A stretch of DNA of 64,000 nucleotides from Octopus sinensis. Lineage: Eukaryota. The notes under the pieces were generated by a model. The model searched no databases. It had not been told where the DNA came from and saw nothing but the letters and a program-made list of their open reading frames with translations. Positions 23,137 through 37,325 of this stretch are shown piece after piece. Both the position numbers and the translations under genes were made by a program. The stretch spans positions 51,522,001-51,586,000 of the forward strand of contig NC_043000.1 of the NCBI RefSeq assembly GCF_006345805.1. The letters are read 5' to 3'. Positions within the stretch are counted from its first letter, which is position 1. Each line of letters starts with the position of its first letter.

Positions 23137-26100
23137 ACACATTCTTGGTTGCTGGTACATACATAGTAATGAGTTGTAGGGACATGGTATTTTATTAACA
23201 CAGTGAAGCACCATTTTGACTTATAAAAATGTTTAATATACTTTCTAGTAAATTATGGTTGCATGACAATTAACAATTTAAAGTTTTTTTTCTAACTTTT
23301 TCATGTTGAGATCATTTATAGTAGCTATGGCATCAAAAACAGAAAAGCCCATGATTACAAAGCTCATTGCCAAACTACTGTTTCATTCAAAGCATCAAAA
23401 AGCATCTTTTCAATTAAGTTACTCCACAACAAAATTATAGGATAAAATTCTACAACGAATTTTTTCAGGAGAAATAGTGTAACTTTTCCTCTCCCTTGAG
23501 AAAAGGTGATTTTGGTGTTTAGTGCTGATATGATATTCATAATTTTTTAAGTTATGCTATAGAACACTTACTGTGGTATGATTGAAAGGTGTTTGATTAT
23601 GTATTCTGATAAATTCTTCCAGGGTATCTATTGCAACACTTTTTCTTCTCAGAGTTTCAGCACCAGCTGCTGAAATGCACATTGTATAAAACTAACCCAG
23701 TTGTATAAATGGACACTCAATTTGTTATGCCAAATTCAAAGCTATAATCTAAGTCTTTTATTAGTGTATTTATATAGCTTTTCTCCCCATTGGAGCACTT
23801 GCTAACAAATTTTCCAATAATTTATTAATTATCAAGTTTTTATTTATAATTTAAGTTTTTATCTAATATATAGGATAAGTTGGTTTTCAGTGATTTTATC
23901 TATACTTAAATTGTAAAACCAGAATTTATTGCCTTATTACTTTAACTGATCAATTAAATTGGTAGAAATGCCAACACAGCAACCTTTTGAGCAGTTATGC
24001 ATGCTAAACCAGCTTTCTTAAATATTCCCTAATCTCTGCAATCCTGTATACATACACACATTCATCATGCCTTTGTACATTTACTTTCTGTGAAGGAGTT
24101 CCCTGCTTTAACAATTTCCTGTAATGTTTGCAAGCTCTTTTATTCTTAGAATTCAATAGTTTTTAATCAGTTCTTTATTGGACATTTTTTTTCACTAATA
24201 TTTGAGCTTTAATTTTTCTCTCATTTGAATTCAGTTAAATAACTGAGAGATGTTTAGCCTGAAAATGCAAGCTAAAAAATTACATCCTATTGAGAACTTA
24301 CCACTGTACAACATTATTGTACACATATATTCTTATTGAAAGTGATAAATAAGGTTACTCATTCATTCACAGTTGAAACATCAGTAACTCTGATTTGAAT
24401 TTTGTTTCCTCTTTTCAGTCATACCTGAGGAATCCGATAGATAAGAAAGTTAAAAATTTGGCACAGTGTGTACAAAAAGAAAAAAAAAAAAAGAGTGAGA
24501 CAGATGTCTCTAAGAAGAAAACCGATTCTGGCAATATGTTTTGACAGTGGCATGTGCTGCTGATTTTCAAAGGCATTGCTTAGTGCACTTTATGTTACCT
24601 GTGAGGAGAAAGATTTGTAGATTGAAGCTATATCACCACAATATGTGTGTATGTGTGTGTGTGTGTGCGTGTGTGTTTATGTATGTATTGTATCCCAATC
24701 AGAAGCACAGAAATGCAAACTTACTCTGTCATTGATTTCTGTTCCAGTCTTTGTGTTCTTTTGTGTAACTAGAGCTAAGTGAATTAACTAGGCAAAACAG
24801 CATTTGATTGAATAAGCTTCCTATTCATCCACTCACCCAGTCATCTTTGTATTACTTTTTCTCAAAGCTTGTAATTGGTTGATAGCACATGTTTAATTTA
24901 GGTGAGAATTATTTGATTATATTAGAGTTACATCCTGTTCTGGATGCATTGAAATATGCTTCAGACATGTTGCCATGCATGTTTAATTCAGTTGGATTGC
25001 TTTTCTACAATTTGCAATTAATAATATGCATTTACCAGTTTTTTAACAATTGGAATTTTTTTTTATAAATAAACATAAATTGCAAACGATTTCCTTGAAC
25101 CCTTAAGTGTTCTATATATTGTCCCCTTGCATATTCTAGCTTCTACACTCCTTTTAAAGTTGTTTTGTTTAACACCAGGTTAGATGAAATTAAAGAATTC
25201 AGGTTTCAACAACCCATCTTATTGTGTTTATCTATGTCGTTTTTCACTTTATTTATGATGGTATTGTGTGATTTAATGGAATCTGGCTTCTGTTTTTAGC
25301 AGAGTAAGTGTTTCCATCAAGTCTCTGTTGTTGATTAATCTTAAATAGAATTGTTAGGGATTTTAAATTCTGAGCCTGCTTTGCTTTTATTTTATTTTTG
25401 TTTAAACCACAGAGATTAAAGTCAAATCTGTTGTAAAGTACATAAAAACACTGTCAGATTTTGAACCACAACAACTTTTGGTCTTCCTCATAAACATAAA
25501 GTGTAAAAGTCATGCCTTGAAAAGCCAGTAGTGCATACTACTGTCAAAATATAATGCCAGGTTAAGTTTTATTTATATTTCTCTTTGCTAACATTCCAGC
25601 AAATATCCAAATATCTTAGACTAATCAAATTAAACCATTATGGATAAATTCTGACAGTGTTTAATTTTATGATCATTGCTTTTAGGTGAGGGTGGGGGTC
25701 TGTTTAATTCTAGTAGAGAGATTTACATGATTTACATGAAGATTTACTGAATCCATTTTACTTTTATCATAAAACTATTAATTCTGTTTGAGTGTGCATC
25801 TATGTATGTGGGGAAACAGTATGCATGCATATTTCAGCATAAACACCTGTCTGTTCAAATTCAATTTAAATAATTTAATGCTAGAAACTGTAAAAATAAA
25901 AGGAAAAGAGAGGAGGATAAAAAAAGTGCAGCATTTTGTATACATGTGGGAGTAATCATAAAATATATAAATCATAAAATAAATGTTTCCTTGTGTATGT
26001 GCATGCATGTTTTTTGTATATACTTTGTATATATTTTGTATATATTTTGTTTTAAATGCTTCACTCTTCAACAATGGATTTTTAAGTTTTTACCATGCTA

Positions 26101-27139
26101 CTGTCATTCTATTACTGGGAACATTAGCAATTTCTTTCTTTTTTTTACTATATTTGTCTTAAACTAACAAACTGTAAAGTTGATGTTAATCTCTCAAATG
26201 AATTAACTAGTACTTGACTCTTATTCTGTTCCACAGAGAAAATGTTTTTCACATCAACTTTATATGACAATAAACAGTAACTAACGTGTCTCATGATTCC
26301 ATTAAAAAGGAATTAGCATCGCTTGCTGACAGCTTCCTCTCTTTTCTAATTATTTTCTTTAATATTTGAATTATATAACTGAATCACATCAACCCATTAG
26401 ATCACAGAATGCTGAGTTTATCTTTTGGTGGTATTATGTGGTGGGTGGGGGGTCATGCAACATTTAAATTATTCTTTGAACATGATGGTTTTAGCTGTGA
26501 GATTTCATTTTATAAACCAAGGTTATGTTCTAACTATTCCAACCATATGCTTTCTTATTCTAAGTTCCACCTTAAATTTGAAAAGAAATCAATTGTTAGC
26601 AGGTGACAGCAACACAAGATTGCTTTATTTTCTTGTCAAATTAAAGACATCTAATGAGAGATAATGAATAATTCAAAATTATCTCTTCTAACATTTATTT
26701 TGTTAGATAAAATATTTACCTATTGCCTAATTATGTGATATCATTATTCTCAACATTTTGCATAAAAAAACTTCCCACATCATTGTCTATTGATAGGCTT
26801 CCATGCATGTTATCGCTTCATGTGATTGACACAAGTTTCAGCTGGCTATAACATTATTCTAATTAATGATATGTCATCTGTTTCTTTTCTATTCTGTCTT
26901 CTTAATTGTAAACAAGCAAATTGATAAAGGAAGGAATTGAGCACATAGATTACAAACACTGGGTTAAAATCTTTTACAGACATCGAGTCCCCATCATGCT
27001 AAAAAAGAAAAAAAAAAGACGAACTCCATTTTACAATTTGTTAGTTTTGTATGAATAAATACATTACTCATTGAATCACTGAATAAAATGCATTATTGCT
27101 TTACTATTTAGTCAGTTAAAAAGTAGTAAAGCCTCGTGA

Positions 27140-27262
27140 TAATTTAACATCAACTTTTCCATGCTTGCATAGATCTGATGAAATTTGTTGAGGCAGATTT
27201 TCTACAGCAGAATGCCCTCCCTGTTGCCAACCCACATCTGTTTTCAAGCAAGGTAATATACA
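27140..27262 (-). mobile_element. SINE family C fragment
   Basis: tttaacatcaacttttccatgcttgcat...ttctacagcagaatgccctccctgttgccaaccc. Confidence 0.65.
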
Positions 27263-27451
27263 AGCTGTGGGTTGCATTTGTTAAGGATCAGCAACTGTTT
27301 GCATAAATCTCCAATGTCTTTGAGACGTAAGAAGTCGTTGTTACTAAAATCCTAATGTAAGCATTGAATGGTGAGGCGAGTTGATTCTATGTAGAAGCAA
27401 ACATGTACATTAAACAGGTTAGAGGAGAAGGATTTGTATAAGAAATACATA

Positions 27452-27622
27452 GGCGTGGGAGTGGCTGTGTGGTAAGTAGCTTGCTTACAAACCACATGGA
27501 TCCGGGTTCAGTCCCACTGCGTGGCACCTTGGGCAAGTGTCTTCTACTATAGCCTCGGGCTGACCAAAGTCTTGTGAGTGGATTTGGTAGACGGAAACTG
27601 AAAGAAGCCCATCATATATATG

Positions 27623-27653
<31 letters not shown>

Positions 27654-27870
27654 ATATATATATGTGTGTCTGTGTTTGTCCACCCAACATCGCTTGACAA
27701 CCGATGCTGGTGTATTTACGTCCCCGTAACTTAGCGGTTCAGCAAAAGAGACCAATAGAATAAGTACTAGGCTTCCAAAGGATAAGTCCTGGGGGCGATT
27801 TTCTCGACTAAAAGCTGGTGTTCCAGCATGGCCACGGTCGAAATGACTGAAACAAGTAAAAGAGTAAAAG
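27452..27870 (+). mobile_element. SINE family B, full length
   Basis: Colinear with 11377-11820. Confidence 0.92.
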
Positions 27871-28383
27871 TATAAGATGATTAGATTGCAGTCTACTGCC
27901 AGTTTGCATCAGACTGGACAGCATAGTAAGCTAAAAGGTAATTCCACAAAAATAATAGTTTAAAAGACTGATTTGCTTTGCATGCATCTAGGTTTGATGA
28001 ATACATTATCAATGTAATAAATAGAGTTTATAATTAACTTGTTTACTAACTATCAGCCTTTTCATAAAGATATTCAGTAGTCAGCTAGATCAGTGGTTCT
28101 CCTCCAAGGAGAAGAAGCTGCGAAGTCTGGAAAAGATGCAAACAAATGATCAAGTTTAATAAAATTAAGATGATTTCCAAATTTTTAGATTTGTCCAACA
28201 TCATGGACGAAGAGTCCTGTAAATGAAGGAAGAAGAATTCTGTGAATGCAAACTTTGTCTTGTCTTCTGATTAATAAAGAGGGGCAGGGTGCCAGAAATT
28301 TTCATTAAAGCTCTTGAGAGTAATACAATATATAGATATTTTCGTGTGTGTAGCTGAATGCTTAATGGTAAGACAGTAATGAT

Positions 28384-28585
28384 TTCTGATTTAGGCTCAA
28401 GGATCACAATTTTGAGAGGAGGGGTAGTCAATACCAGTGATCTCAGTACTTGTCTGTTACTTATTTTTTTGACCCTGGATAGATGTAAGTTTATTTTGCA
28501 GAATTTAAATTCAGGATGTAAAATGAAGGAAGAAATAGCACTAAGCATTTTTTATGATGCTCTAGTGATTCTGTCAGCTCATTGC
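28384..28585 (-). mobile_element. SINE family E, highly diverged
   Basis: gtacttgtctgttacttatttt..gaccctggatagatg...gcagaatttaaattcagga...ctaagcatttt...gattctgtcagctca, reverse of the E consensus seen in other copies. Confidence 0.6.
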
Positions 28586-28699
28586 TCTTATGATGATCAT
28601 AATAATAATAATAATAATAATAATATAATAATAATAATAACCTTAGCATCACAGGTGTATCAGGTGATGCAGTAGAACTTTGCCTGGAACTACCAAATG

Positions 28700-28727
28700 T
28701 TGAATAATAATAATAATAATAATGATG

Positions 28728-28765
<38 letters not shown>

Positions 28766-28784
28766 CATAATAATAATAATGATG

Positions 28785-28825
<41 letters not shown>

Positions 28826-28862
28826 GATGATGATGATAATAATAATAATGATAATGATGATG

Positions 28863-28892
<30 letters not shown>
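28700..28892. repeat. (AAT/GAT)n array
   Basis: Direct reading. Confidence 0.95.
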
Positions 28893-28893
<1 letters not shown>

Positions 28894-29009
28894 GTTGAAC
28901 TCTCCTGTCAAAGATGGCATATGAGTGTTCAGCTTTTATTGAACAACCTGCACAGTGATTTGTTTATAATGATCTGTACCTTAATGTGCTGTACCTTAAT
29001 TTACTCTCT

Positions 29010-29175
29010 CCATCAAATCAACAGGTGCACAGTGTACCATGTGTCAGGTGTCAAAATGATCACAGAGCAATGTGAGCTGAAGTGTTTTGCTCAAGAACAC
29101 AATGTACCACCTGGTCTAGGAATTGAAATTGCGATCTCACAATCATGAGTGCAACATCCTAACTGCTAGGCCATA
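29010..29175 (-). mobile_element. SINE head Y fragment
   Basis: gaagtgttttgctcaagaacacaat...ggaattgaa...ctaactgctaggccat. Confidence 0.6.
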
Positions 29176-29752
29176 ATGATTTTTAGATGAAAGTTCTCTT
29201 ACTATTTCTAAGAAACACTTTGTTTGTTTATTCACTTATTTAATAGATTTTAGAGAAATTCAATCATGTTTATTTTTGTTTTCTTCTTGGAAAACTTCAG
29301 TTTAAGATATAGAAATGAGATCTTGTATTCATAGATGATAAGAAATGAAATGGTAACAATGGAAATTTGGAAGAAGTTTGGCAGATATTGTTTACTTAGC
29401 ATGATTACTGTATCACATTACCTCCTCCTCTTCTAGATTCATGTGAGATAAATACAATCCTCAATAGTGTACTAGTTTTACAGTGAAACACACTGAAAAA
29501 AAAAAAAAGTCTCTTATAATGTTTCATATCAATTAAAGTAAGGCCATTTCAGAAGTCTTTAGTAAGTAACCTTGTATATTCATAGCTCCTATTTCAACAT
29601 GTAGCGTAACATGTTAGAAATAGGAATCCAACATGTATCATGAAGAAGAAATGATTCTATTACAGACATGATTATGTCTTAAGATTTGAAATCATGACTC
29701 ATGAGTTGTTAATTTATTACAATGTCAACTCAGTCATATCCTCTTTACATGT

Positions 29753-29836
29753 TTAACTCTTTAGCATTTGCACCAGCCATATCCGGCCCAAATATTCTAC
29801 ATGTTTTATATTCAAATTGGCCATATCTAGCATATC
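29753..29836 (+). mobile_element. Left end of a probable piggyBac-type MITE truncated by a SINE
   Basis: TTAA-CTCTTTAGCATT... start resembles a CCCTTT TIR; no right end found. Confidence 0.4.
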
Positions 29837-30238
29837 TAGTGGCTGTGTGGTAAGTAGCTTGCTTATGAACCACATGGTTGCGGGTTCAGTCCCACTGCAT
29901 GGCACCTTGGGCAAGTGTCTTCTACTATAGCTTCGGGCCAACCAAAGACTTGTGAGTGGATTTGGTCGACGGAAACTGAAAGAAGCCCATCATATATATG
30001 TATATATATATATGTGTGTGTGTGTGTATGTTTGTGTGTCTGTGTTTTTCCCCCCGACATCGCTTGACAACTGATGCTGGTGTGTTTATGTCCCTGTAAC
30101 TTAGTAGTTCGGCAAAGAGGTCGATAGAATAAGTACTAAGCTTACAAAGAATAAGTCCTGGGGTCGATTTGCTTAACTAAAGGTGGTGCTCTAGCATGGC
30201 CACAGTCATATGACTGAAACAAGTAAAAGAGTAAAAGA
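29837..30238 (+). mobile_element. SINE family B, near full length
   Basis: Colinear with 27452-27870. Confidence 0.9.
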
Positions 30239-30419
30239 CTTGTTGTAGCACGTGGAATAGCTGGACATCAAGACAGACATGCAAGTGCTCCATAAATTTG
30301 TCCTCTTTGGAACAGCTCATATTTTTAGAAAGGTACATTAAGACTAAGGCCTTTTCTTTAGTCTTGACAGTTAGGATAAAGATAAAAAAAAAAACAATAT
30401 TTTATGTCTCTATTGCGAA

Positions 30420-30519
30420 ATGATGATAATAATAATATTAATTATAATAATAATAATAATAATTAATGATAATAATAATAATAGTAACAACAACAGCAAT
30501 AATAATGATAATAATAATA

Positions 30520-30550
<31 letters not shown>

Positions 30551-30552
30551 TC
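30420..30552. repeat. (AAT)n array
   Basis: Direct reading. Confidence 0.92.
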
Positions 30553-30959
30553 AGTATTATGTGTGGGAAAAAGTTCCTAATTCATCTTCAGACTTTGACA
30601 GAGCTGAGTGTCTTTTATGTGTCCTTTATGATAATATTGAAATGGTTGATGAATGACAGTAACAAGCATTGGCTTCCAGCAGAAGAGAGATGTCACATCA
30701 CTAATTACTAGATATACCCTAAAAGATGCAAAGAGAGGTTATCTTTGTTTTCATGTGATTATAACTCATGAAAGTGGAAAATAGTGACATTTTACTCCAC
30801 TGTTAGAAAAGCAGAGCAGTCTAGCAAGGGAAAGTAGCATAAAAACAAAACAAAAACACTTCCTACTTCAAATAAAATAACAAAAAAATATATACTAAAA
30901 CATAAAATGTAAAAAAAAAAGTTAAAATAAAATAATGCTTAAAACAATACAGACGATAA

Positions 30960-31213
30960 TAAAACAAAACCAGAACAACAACAACAAAAACTAATAATAA
31001 TAATAATAATAGTAATAATAATAATAGTAATAATAATAATAATAGTAATAATAGTAATAATAATAATAATAATAGTAATAATAATAATAATAATATAGTA
31101 ATAATAATAATAATAATAGTAATAATAATAATAATAATATAATAGTAATAATAATAATAATAATAGTAATAATAATAATAATAATAATAAGAAGAAGAAG
31201 AAGAAGAAGAAGA
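30960..31213. repeat. (AAT)n with periodic AGT variants, ending in (GAA)n
   Basis: Direct reading. Confidence 0.95.
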
Positions 31214-32174
31214 ATTCACTTGTGCACCACTATTTCTAAATGGTAATCAATAAAATATACTTGTTGACTGTAAACTAATTGGAAATTTGTCTGGGAAATA
31301 AGAACAATAAATTATAAGAATAATAGCCATTAGACTATAAGAGCTTGCAGGCGATATATCAAATAATAAGAAAAAGAATTAGAATAAGAAGAATATGGTA
31401 GGACTTCAAATTTTTATGTTTGTTGAGTTTTTTCTGTCGTTTTTTTTTTTTAATTTAACTTGTTTTTTTGTTTTTTTTTTAATTTACATTCTCATAACAT
31501 GAGGCAAGTAATATCTATTTTTGGACTATACCTCTATAGAATTTGCTAGAGTTTTTCTTTTAAATATATTTTGATTATTTATTTTTTTTGCCTCTTATTT
31601 TACTGTTTAGCATATATTTTACATTCAGTAAATAGAATGTTCATATAGGTATCCACTGCACCAGAAATTCTCTTTTCATTAACCAGTAATTTTATTTCTT
31701 TTTTAAAAAATAAATTCCTTTGCAGTATCTTTACTTATATATTTTTTTTTTTTTAGTTTTCTTTATCTTTATTACTGTTAACTAAGCTGCAGTCATTCAT
31801 TTATTCATTCTTTAAATCTAATCATTCCTCCTCCAATCTCAAATCATTGATTTATCAAAGTCTAATGCAACATCACCCAATCCCTAAAGAGCTACTGAGA
31901 GCTGGGACTTATGTCTGGTATCAGGATATGAATCAGATAAGTGGTAACTTTCAACTTCAATAAGATACCAGTCTATCACAAATAGCATTTCCAAATGACT
32001 TATTTTATATCCTTGATAACTAGATGAACTGGAGCACATTCAGTACAATGTCTTACCAAGACTTGTACCAAAATCATTAAGTAAAAGTTCCATGGACAAA
32101 ATGACAAGAGCGATGAAGTGGGTTGTGTAAGAGGACCCAAGAACCTTGGGCCAAGGCTATTCCACATTTTAAGG

Positions 32175-32503
32175 GTTGTTTCATCCTTTAGAAGGAACAG
32201 TTATTTGTTCCTTCTTAAGCCACACTTGGCTCATAAGGGCTGGTTTCCCGGTTTCCTTGGCATATAGGTTCCCCACCTGAATGGGACGACGGTCCGTTGC
32301 AGGTGAGCTGCAAGATGCAGGAGGCAAGAGTGAGAGAAAGTTGTGGCGAAAGAGTCAGCAGAAGTTCGCCATTACCTTCTGCTGGAGCCATGTTGAGCTT
32401 AGGTGTTTTGCTCATAAGCACACACATCGCCCAGTCTGAGATTCAAACCTGCAATCTCTTGACTGCGAGTCTGCTTCTGTAACCACTAGGCCATGTGCCT
32501 CCA
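32175..32503 (-). mobile_element. tRNA-derived SINE, head X + tail V, with 11-bp TSD CACATTTTAAG
   Basis: TSD at 32164-32174 and 32504-32514. Head matches 14265; tail (gtcccattcaggtggggaac..atatgcca..gaaaccgggaaaccagccc.atgagc) matches 43720-43800. Confidence 0.88.
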
Positions 32504-32944
32504 CACATTTTAAGAGTGAATATGGGTGAAAGGTGAGGGGAAAGAGAGCATGAAAGAAACAAAAATTGATAAACTTGGCAATGGTTCTGACAGATTCATT
32601 GGAAGAGAGGTATAGAAGAGCATGGTTGGGTAGGCCAGGAAGATGAGAGGGTGTTGAGAGGGTGAAAAAGTTGGGTGGGGGATGAGAGTGAGAGAAAAAT
32701 AGCAAAGACTGAGTGATTGGTGGTAGTAAGTGAGTATCACATGAGGTGAACTGAAAGATATGAATGATAGGGTATGATTGAGGGGAGTGGAAATATGAAC
32801 AGAGGACAGGAAAATGGGCACAGTCTGATGAGGGTAAAACAATACAGTCTCCCATGCATAGTCCTAGTGAGGGGAAGCTGGGTAATTGGGGGGGATGATG
32901 GTATGTAGGGCAACCATTTTTATACACCCATATGTATGTGTGTG

Positions 32945-33072
32945 TATCATCATCATCATCATTTCACATCCGTTTGACAGGAGCTGGCAAGCCAGGGGAC
33001 TGCACCAGACTCCACTATCTGCTTTGGCATGGTCTTTACGGTTGGATGCCCTTCCTAATACCAACTACTGTA
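32945..33072 (-). mobile_element. SINE family C fragment
   Basis: catcatcatc...gcaccagactcc...ttacggttggatgcccttcctaataccaac. Confidence 0.65.
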
Positions 33073-36000
33073 CAGAGTTATATACACATACACATGCATA
33101 GTTTTATGGGTATTTTATGTCTTCCCAAGTTAGTATCATTACTGAAAATAAGGTAAAGGTAAAGATACTCAAACGCTGATATTTTTCTGTTTTACTGGAT
33201 AGATGCACGATTTAAACTAAACAATTTTTTCCAAATTTTCTATCTGTGTTGTATTCCATTTTGCTAACAATTATCTTGTGTTGAAATGCAAGAAAAGAAG
33301 TCTTAAAAGTTTCTTAACTCTGAAAAATGCAAGCTAAACAAAGGTCTAAAACTAGTTTAAAAAAAAGGGAAATGATATTGAAACAAATTGCATATTTTGT
33401 TGGAAATTATAAAAAGAACTAAAAGAATATTTTAAAGTAATTTATCTAAATAGTATTTCAGATATTTCATTGTACATTTAATAATTCCTTCCCCACACAT
33501 ATTTTAATATATTTCTTTAGAATATTTCTTACAATGCACTCCTGTTGCTACAGATATGACTATTATTAAAAGAGCCAAGATACCTTTTGTCTTTTGAAAT
33601 CATTTGATACTCAAGGTTAAAAACAAAAGCATAAAATATTGTAACATGCTAGAACATTTCTTTAGCCTTTAGAATACCTTGATTTGTTTTAGTGTATCAA
33701 GGTTTAAGTACACTTTTATTCAAGGAAAGAGGAAACAAAATACTACTTGTTAAACAAAGAAAAATGAAATCAATATGTGAAAAAATAAGAATAAAAATTC
33801 AGCAATCAATTCTTAATGGTTCATTGCTTAAAGAATTCCATATTTGTTTCAAATAATGCTGTTATTGAGTTTAGAAAGTCTCTCCATCAGAGGCAATAAA
33901 ATAAAATATTAAGTCGGTAGATCAGTTGGTGCATGTGGATATTGATCTGTACCTTTGGGATTTAGGCTGGTTTAATCAGCTTCAAAAATACTAGGCTCCC
34001 TTACCAAAAAAACAAAAAAAAAAAAGAATTTTTTTTGTTTTAAATTAGTGTTTGCAAAAACTAAAATAATACCACTCTAGCAATACACTGTATAAGGCTT
34101 CTGATAGCTATCAGAAGCAACTTGCTGGTTTAGAAATGTTTCAGTTTCTCACATCACACCAAGTGCTACATAATTGTAATAGTCTTTCTTATAACCATCA
34201 GTATCCTTTAACTGTACTTTTTGTTGCATGGATAGAATATACTGGCCCATCATATTTTCATTATTAAATTACTGATCTTTGACTGATTATATTACTACTC
34301 ATCACTTTGGTACATTTTGTCCATGAGAACCACAGCTAACCAAATTACTACAGAGTCAGGCTATTTCACTAAAGAGCAGCAATTTCAAATTTGACGCTAT
34401 CTTTGTACCTTGTTTATGTGCAAGAACTTTTTTTTGCTCGACTCAAGAACAGATTGCAGTAAATAGACATCATTTGTGGCAATAGCTCACTGTTTTATGA
34501 GTAGAAAGCTTTTATGAATTAATAAATATTCTGTCAACTGGTGATGAATGAAAATCACTCTTTTGGCATTGAAAAGGCAACATGAAACCACTCATGTACT
34601 TTAACTTCAAATTAACCATTACAGTCACTTGTATTATCGGATCTGAGCTCTGGATCTGATTCATACTTAGTTAATGTGCTAAAATGTATCCCATTTTAAA
34701 ATTATTATTCACAGGAATTTGCCACCAAATGAATCCTTTTATCAAGATGGTAATTTCTGTTATTATTTTCCTGTCTACTGTAAAGTAACATTTGGAAGTG
34801 CAATGTTATGATTTTTGCCTTTCATTTCCATCATATTACAGATATCTTCATTAACTATTACTATTATTTCATTTTTTTTTTTGCCATCACTATTAAATTT
34901 TGCATGTGTTGTGCTTTTTAAGGCTTAGTGAAAGTATCTGAAGAATAAAGTAGGAACTTCAAAATCCTCTTTTTGGAGGTTTATTTTCAGTGGAATATTG
35001 ATCTGTTAAAGTAATTGCATAAGGAAATATTAAAAATTGCTGGGGAAGTTTTTGAGAAAACAATAAGCAAAAAATAATCAGAATGATAATACATGCAGCA
35101 TATTTTTTCAAATATTCAAATATAGACTTAAACAAATGTTTATATCCATGGTGTATATATATATATGTGTGTATATGAGACAGATAGTGAGAAAGACTGA
35201 GTGAGGAAAAGGGGAGATCATCTTCTAAATAAGTAGATAACATTAAGGCAACTTTAAGGATAGATCGTTTCAGATCATTCTGCAGGTAATTTGTGAGGCT
35301 GTGTGAAGTCATTGCAACTAGAATTTGGCAAGTTAAGAATGAATGCGCTTTAAGCATAACTGTAGCTGCAAGTTACTATAGTATACATGACTGGTAATTT
35401 GTATTTATTTTAGAAACAGCCGTGTATATGTATCTGTATATGTGTATATTTTGTTAGCGTATCTGTGTTTGTTTCTCATGTTCATGCTTACACAAATGGG
35501 TGTGGATGGTGGCATGCTTAGACTCGAGCATATTGAATCAAGTAGCTTATTGATGTTTGGTGAGACATCTATTCTTCATTCTTCCACTGCTACTGTTGCA
35601 TTTCTATGCAGAATCATAAACTGTTCACCACTGAAACATTTCTCATCTATTCAGTCCATTGTAGCATTCACCTACTCCTATTGTATATGATCAGCTAACT
35701 GCTTGAAATGTTACCTGCTATGCACTGGGAAAAGGCAATAGCTTATCCTAATAATTTGTGTATTTGACTCAGTATCCTGAATGTGTTGCTTAGCAAACCT
35801 GCTTTTAACACTTGTGAAAATGGGAAAATGGCAACTGGGCAGTAGCCAATGATGTTGACAGTTATTTATGAATGTATGACCTGTTTGTGTGCTTGTGTGT
35901 ATCTGTATGTATCTGTACATGCATTTATCATTAAGGGAGGATTCTTTAAAAAAATATTCCCCTTCTCTCTATTTCTCTCTCTCTCAGGCATACAAACATG

Positions 36001-36648
36001 AATGAAGAGAAAGAAAATGACAATCTCATCTATCTGTCCGTCTGTTCATCCATTCATCCATACACACAGACACACACACACATGCTAAATTTGTATATCG
36101 GATATTAATTCGCTACTGTGTAAATTGTAACATGTTTGTATTGTAAGCAAAAGATACATGGTTCAATTCTTCTAAATGGGTTTACACTTTTAAAATCTTT
36201 TCATGTTTTGATATGAAATAAATCACATATAAAACTGTAATATTTATCTATTACTTATATGAGAAACTTAGCCATCAATTTAATATGTATGATTGTGTGT
36301 GTGCATGTACATAAAGTAGTAGTCATTAAAATTTACATAGAAATAAATAAGATTAGTATGTTTAAATATATCCATAAATTGATTAATTATTTGTAGCATC
36401 AAAAATTACAACAGTTTTATTAAAAGATAGTGGCCAATTCTTTTCAAAATGAAGAGTAAAACTATTGGTAAATTTCTTATCTAACGGTAATTAATTAATG
36501 AAATATTATCAATAATTCATAATTGTAATCATACATATCACTCATCAGAAATGGCAGATAACAATGATGCATGAATACTTGTGCCATAAAATAATGCTTC
36601 TTTTCACACATCTCTCATTTTTACTGAGTCACTGAAGGTTTCAACAGT

Positions 36649-36883
36649 TACCTATTTCTTTACTACCCACAAGGGGCTAAAAACAGAGAGGACAAACAAG
36701 GACAGACAAAGGGATTAAGTCGATTACATCGACCCCAGTGTGTAACTGGTACTTATTTAATCGACCCCGAAAGGATGAAATGCAAATTCGACCGCTGTGG
36801 AATTTGAACTCAGAACAAAACGGCAGACGAAATACCGCTAAGCATTTCACCCGGAATGCTAACGTCTCTGCCAGCTCGCCGCC
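36649..36883 (-). mobile_element. SINE family E, full length
   Basis: Reverse complement of 63838-64000 plus the 3' end (ggcggcgagctggcag...ctgagttcaaattc...tcggggtcgattaaataagtaccagttac). Confidence 0.9.
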
Positions 36884-36964
36884 TTTTTCAACAGTTACCA
36901 ATGATGAAACTATATTCACAAAACTATTAGAATATTGAGTACAAAGCAATGAAAAATTTACATT

Positions 36965-37112
36965 GCATGCTTGTTGGGTAAGAAATTTGCTTTCCAACCA
37001 CATGGATTCAGGTTCAGTTCTTCTGCTTGGTACATTGTGTCTTCTACTATAGCCCCAGACTGATCAAAGCCTTGTGAGTGGATTGGGTAGTGAGGAACTG
37101 TAGGAAATCCAT
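36965..37112 (+). mobile_element. SINE family B 5' half, diverged
   Basis: ccaaccacatggattcaggttcagt...gtcttctactatagcccc.gactgatcaaagccttgtgagtggatt. Confidence 0.75.
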
Positions 37113-37184
37113 TGTGTGTGTGTGTGTGTGTGTGTGTCTGTGCTACTGTTTCCTTGCTTTGACTTCACATGATATTCCAATATT

Positions 37185-37325
37185 CTGTGAACCATGTTTG
37201 GTTGTGGGGAATGCTATCTTGCAAGGAATAAACCAGTGAAGGTTGGTGACAGGAATGACATTCACCTCAATAAATTCCATCCATCCCATGCAAGCTTGGC
37301 AAAGTGGATATCAAACAATAATGAT
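37185..37325 (+). mobile_element. SINE family C-like fragment, diverged
   Basis: ggttggtgacaggaa...ccatccatcccatgcaagcttggcaaagtggatatcaaac.atatgatgat. Confidence 0.5.

Noticed and set aside
23307-23328. TGAGATCAT, matching the bantam miRNA 5' end
   Set aside because: The rest of the sequence differs and there is no hairpin partner arm.
24400-24545. Strong + acceptor (tttcctcttttcAG) overlapping a - strand CAG|GTATGA donor
   Set aside because: Ambiguous orientation, a poly-A run in the frame, and no recognisable product.
28066-28156. Short open frame IFSSQLDQWFSSKEKKLRSLEKMQTNDQ
   Set aside because: Weak splice signals and no family recognised.
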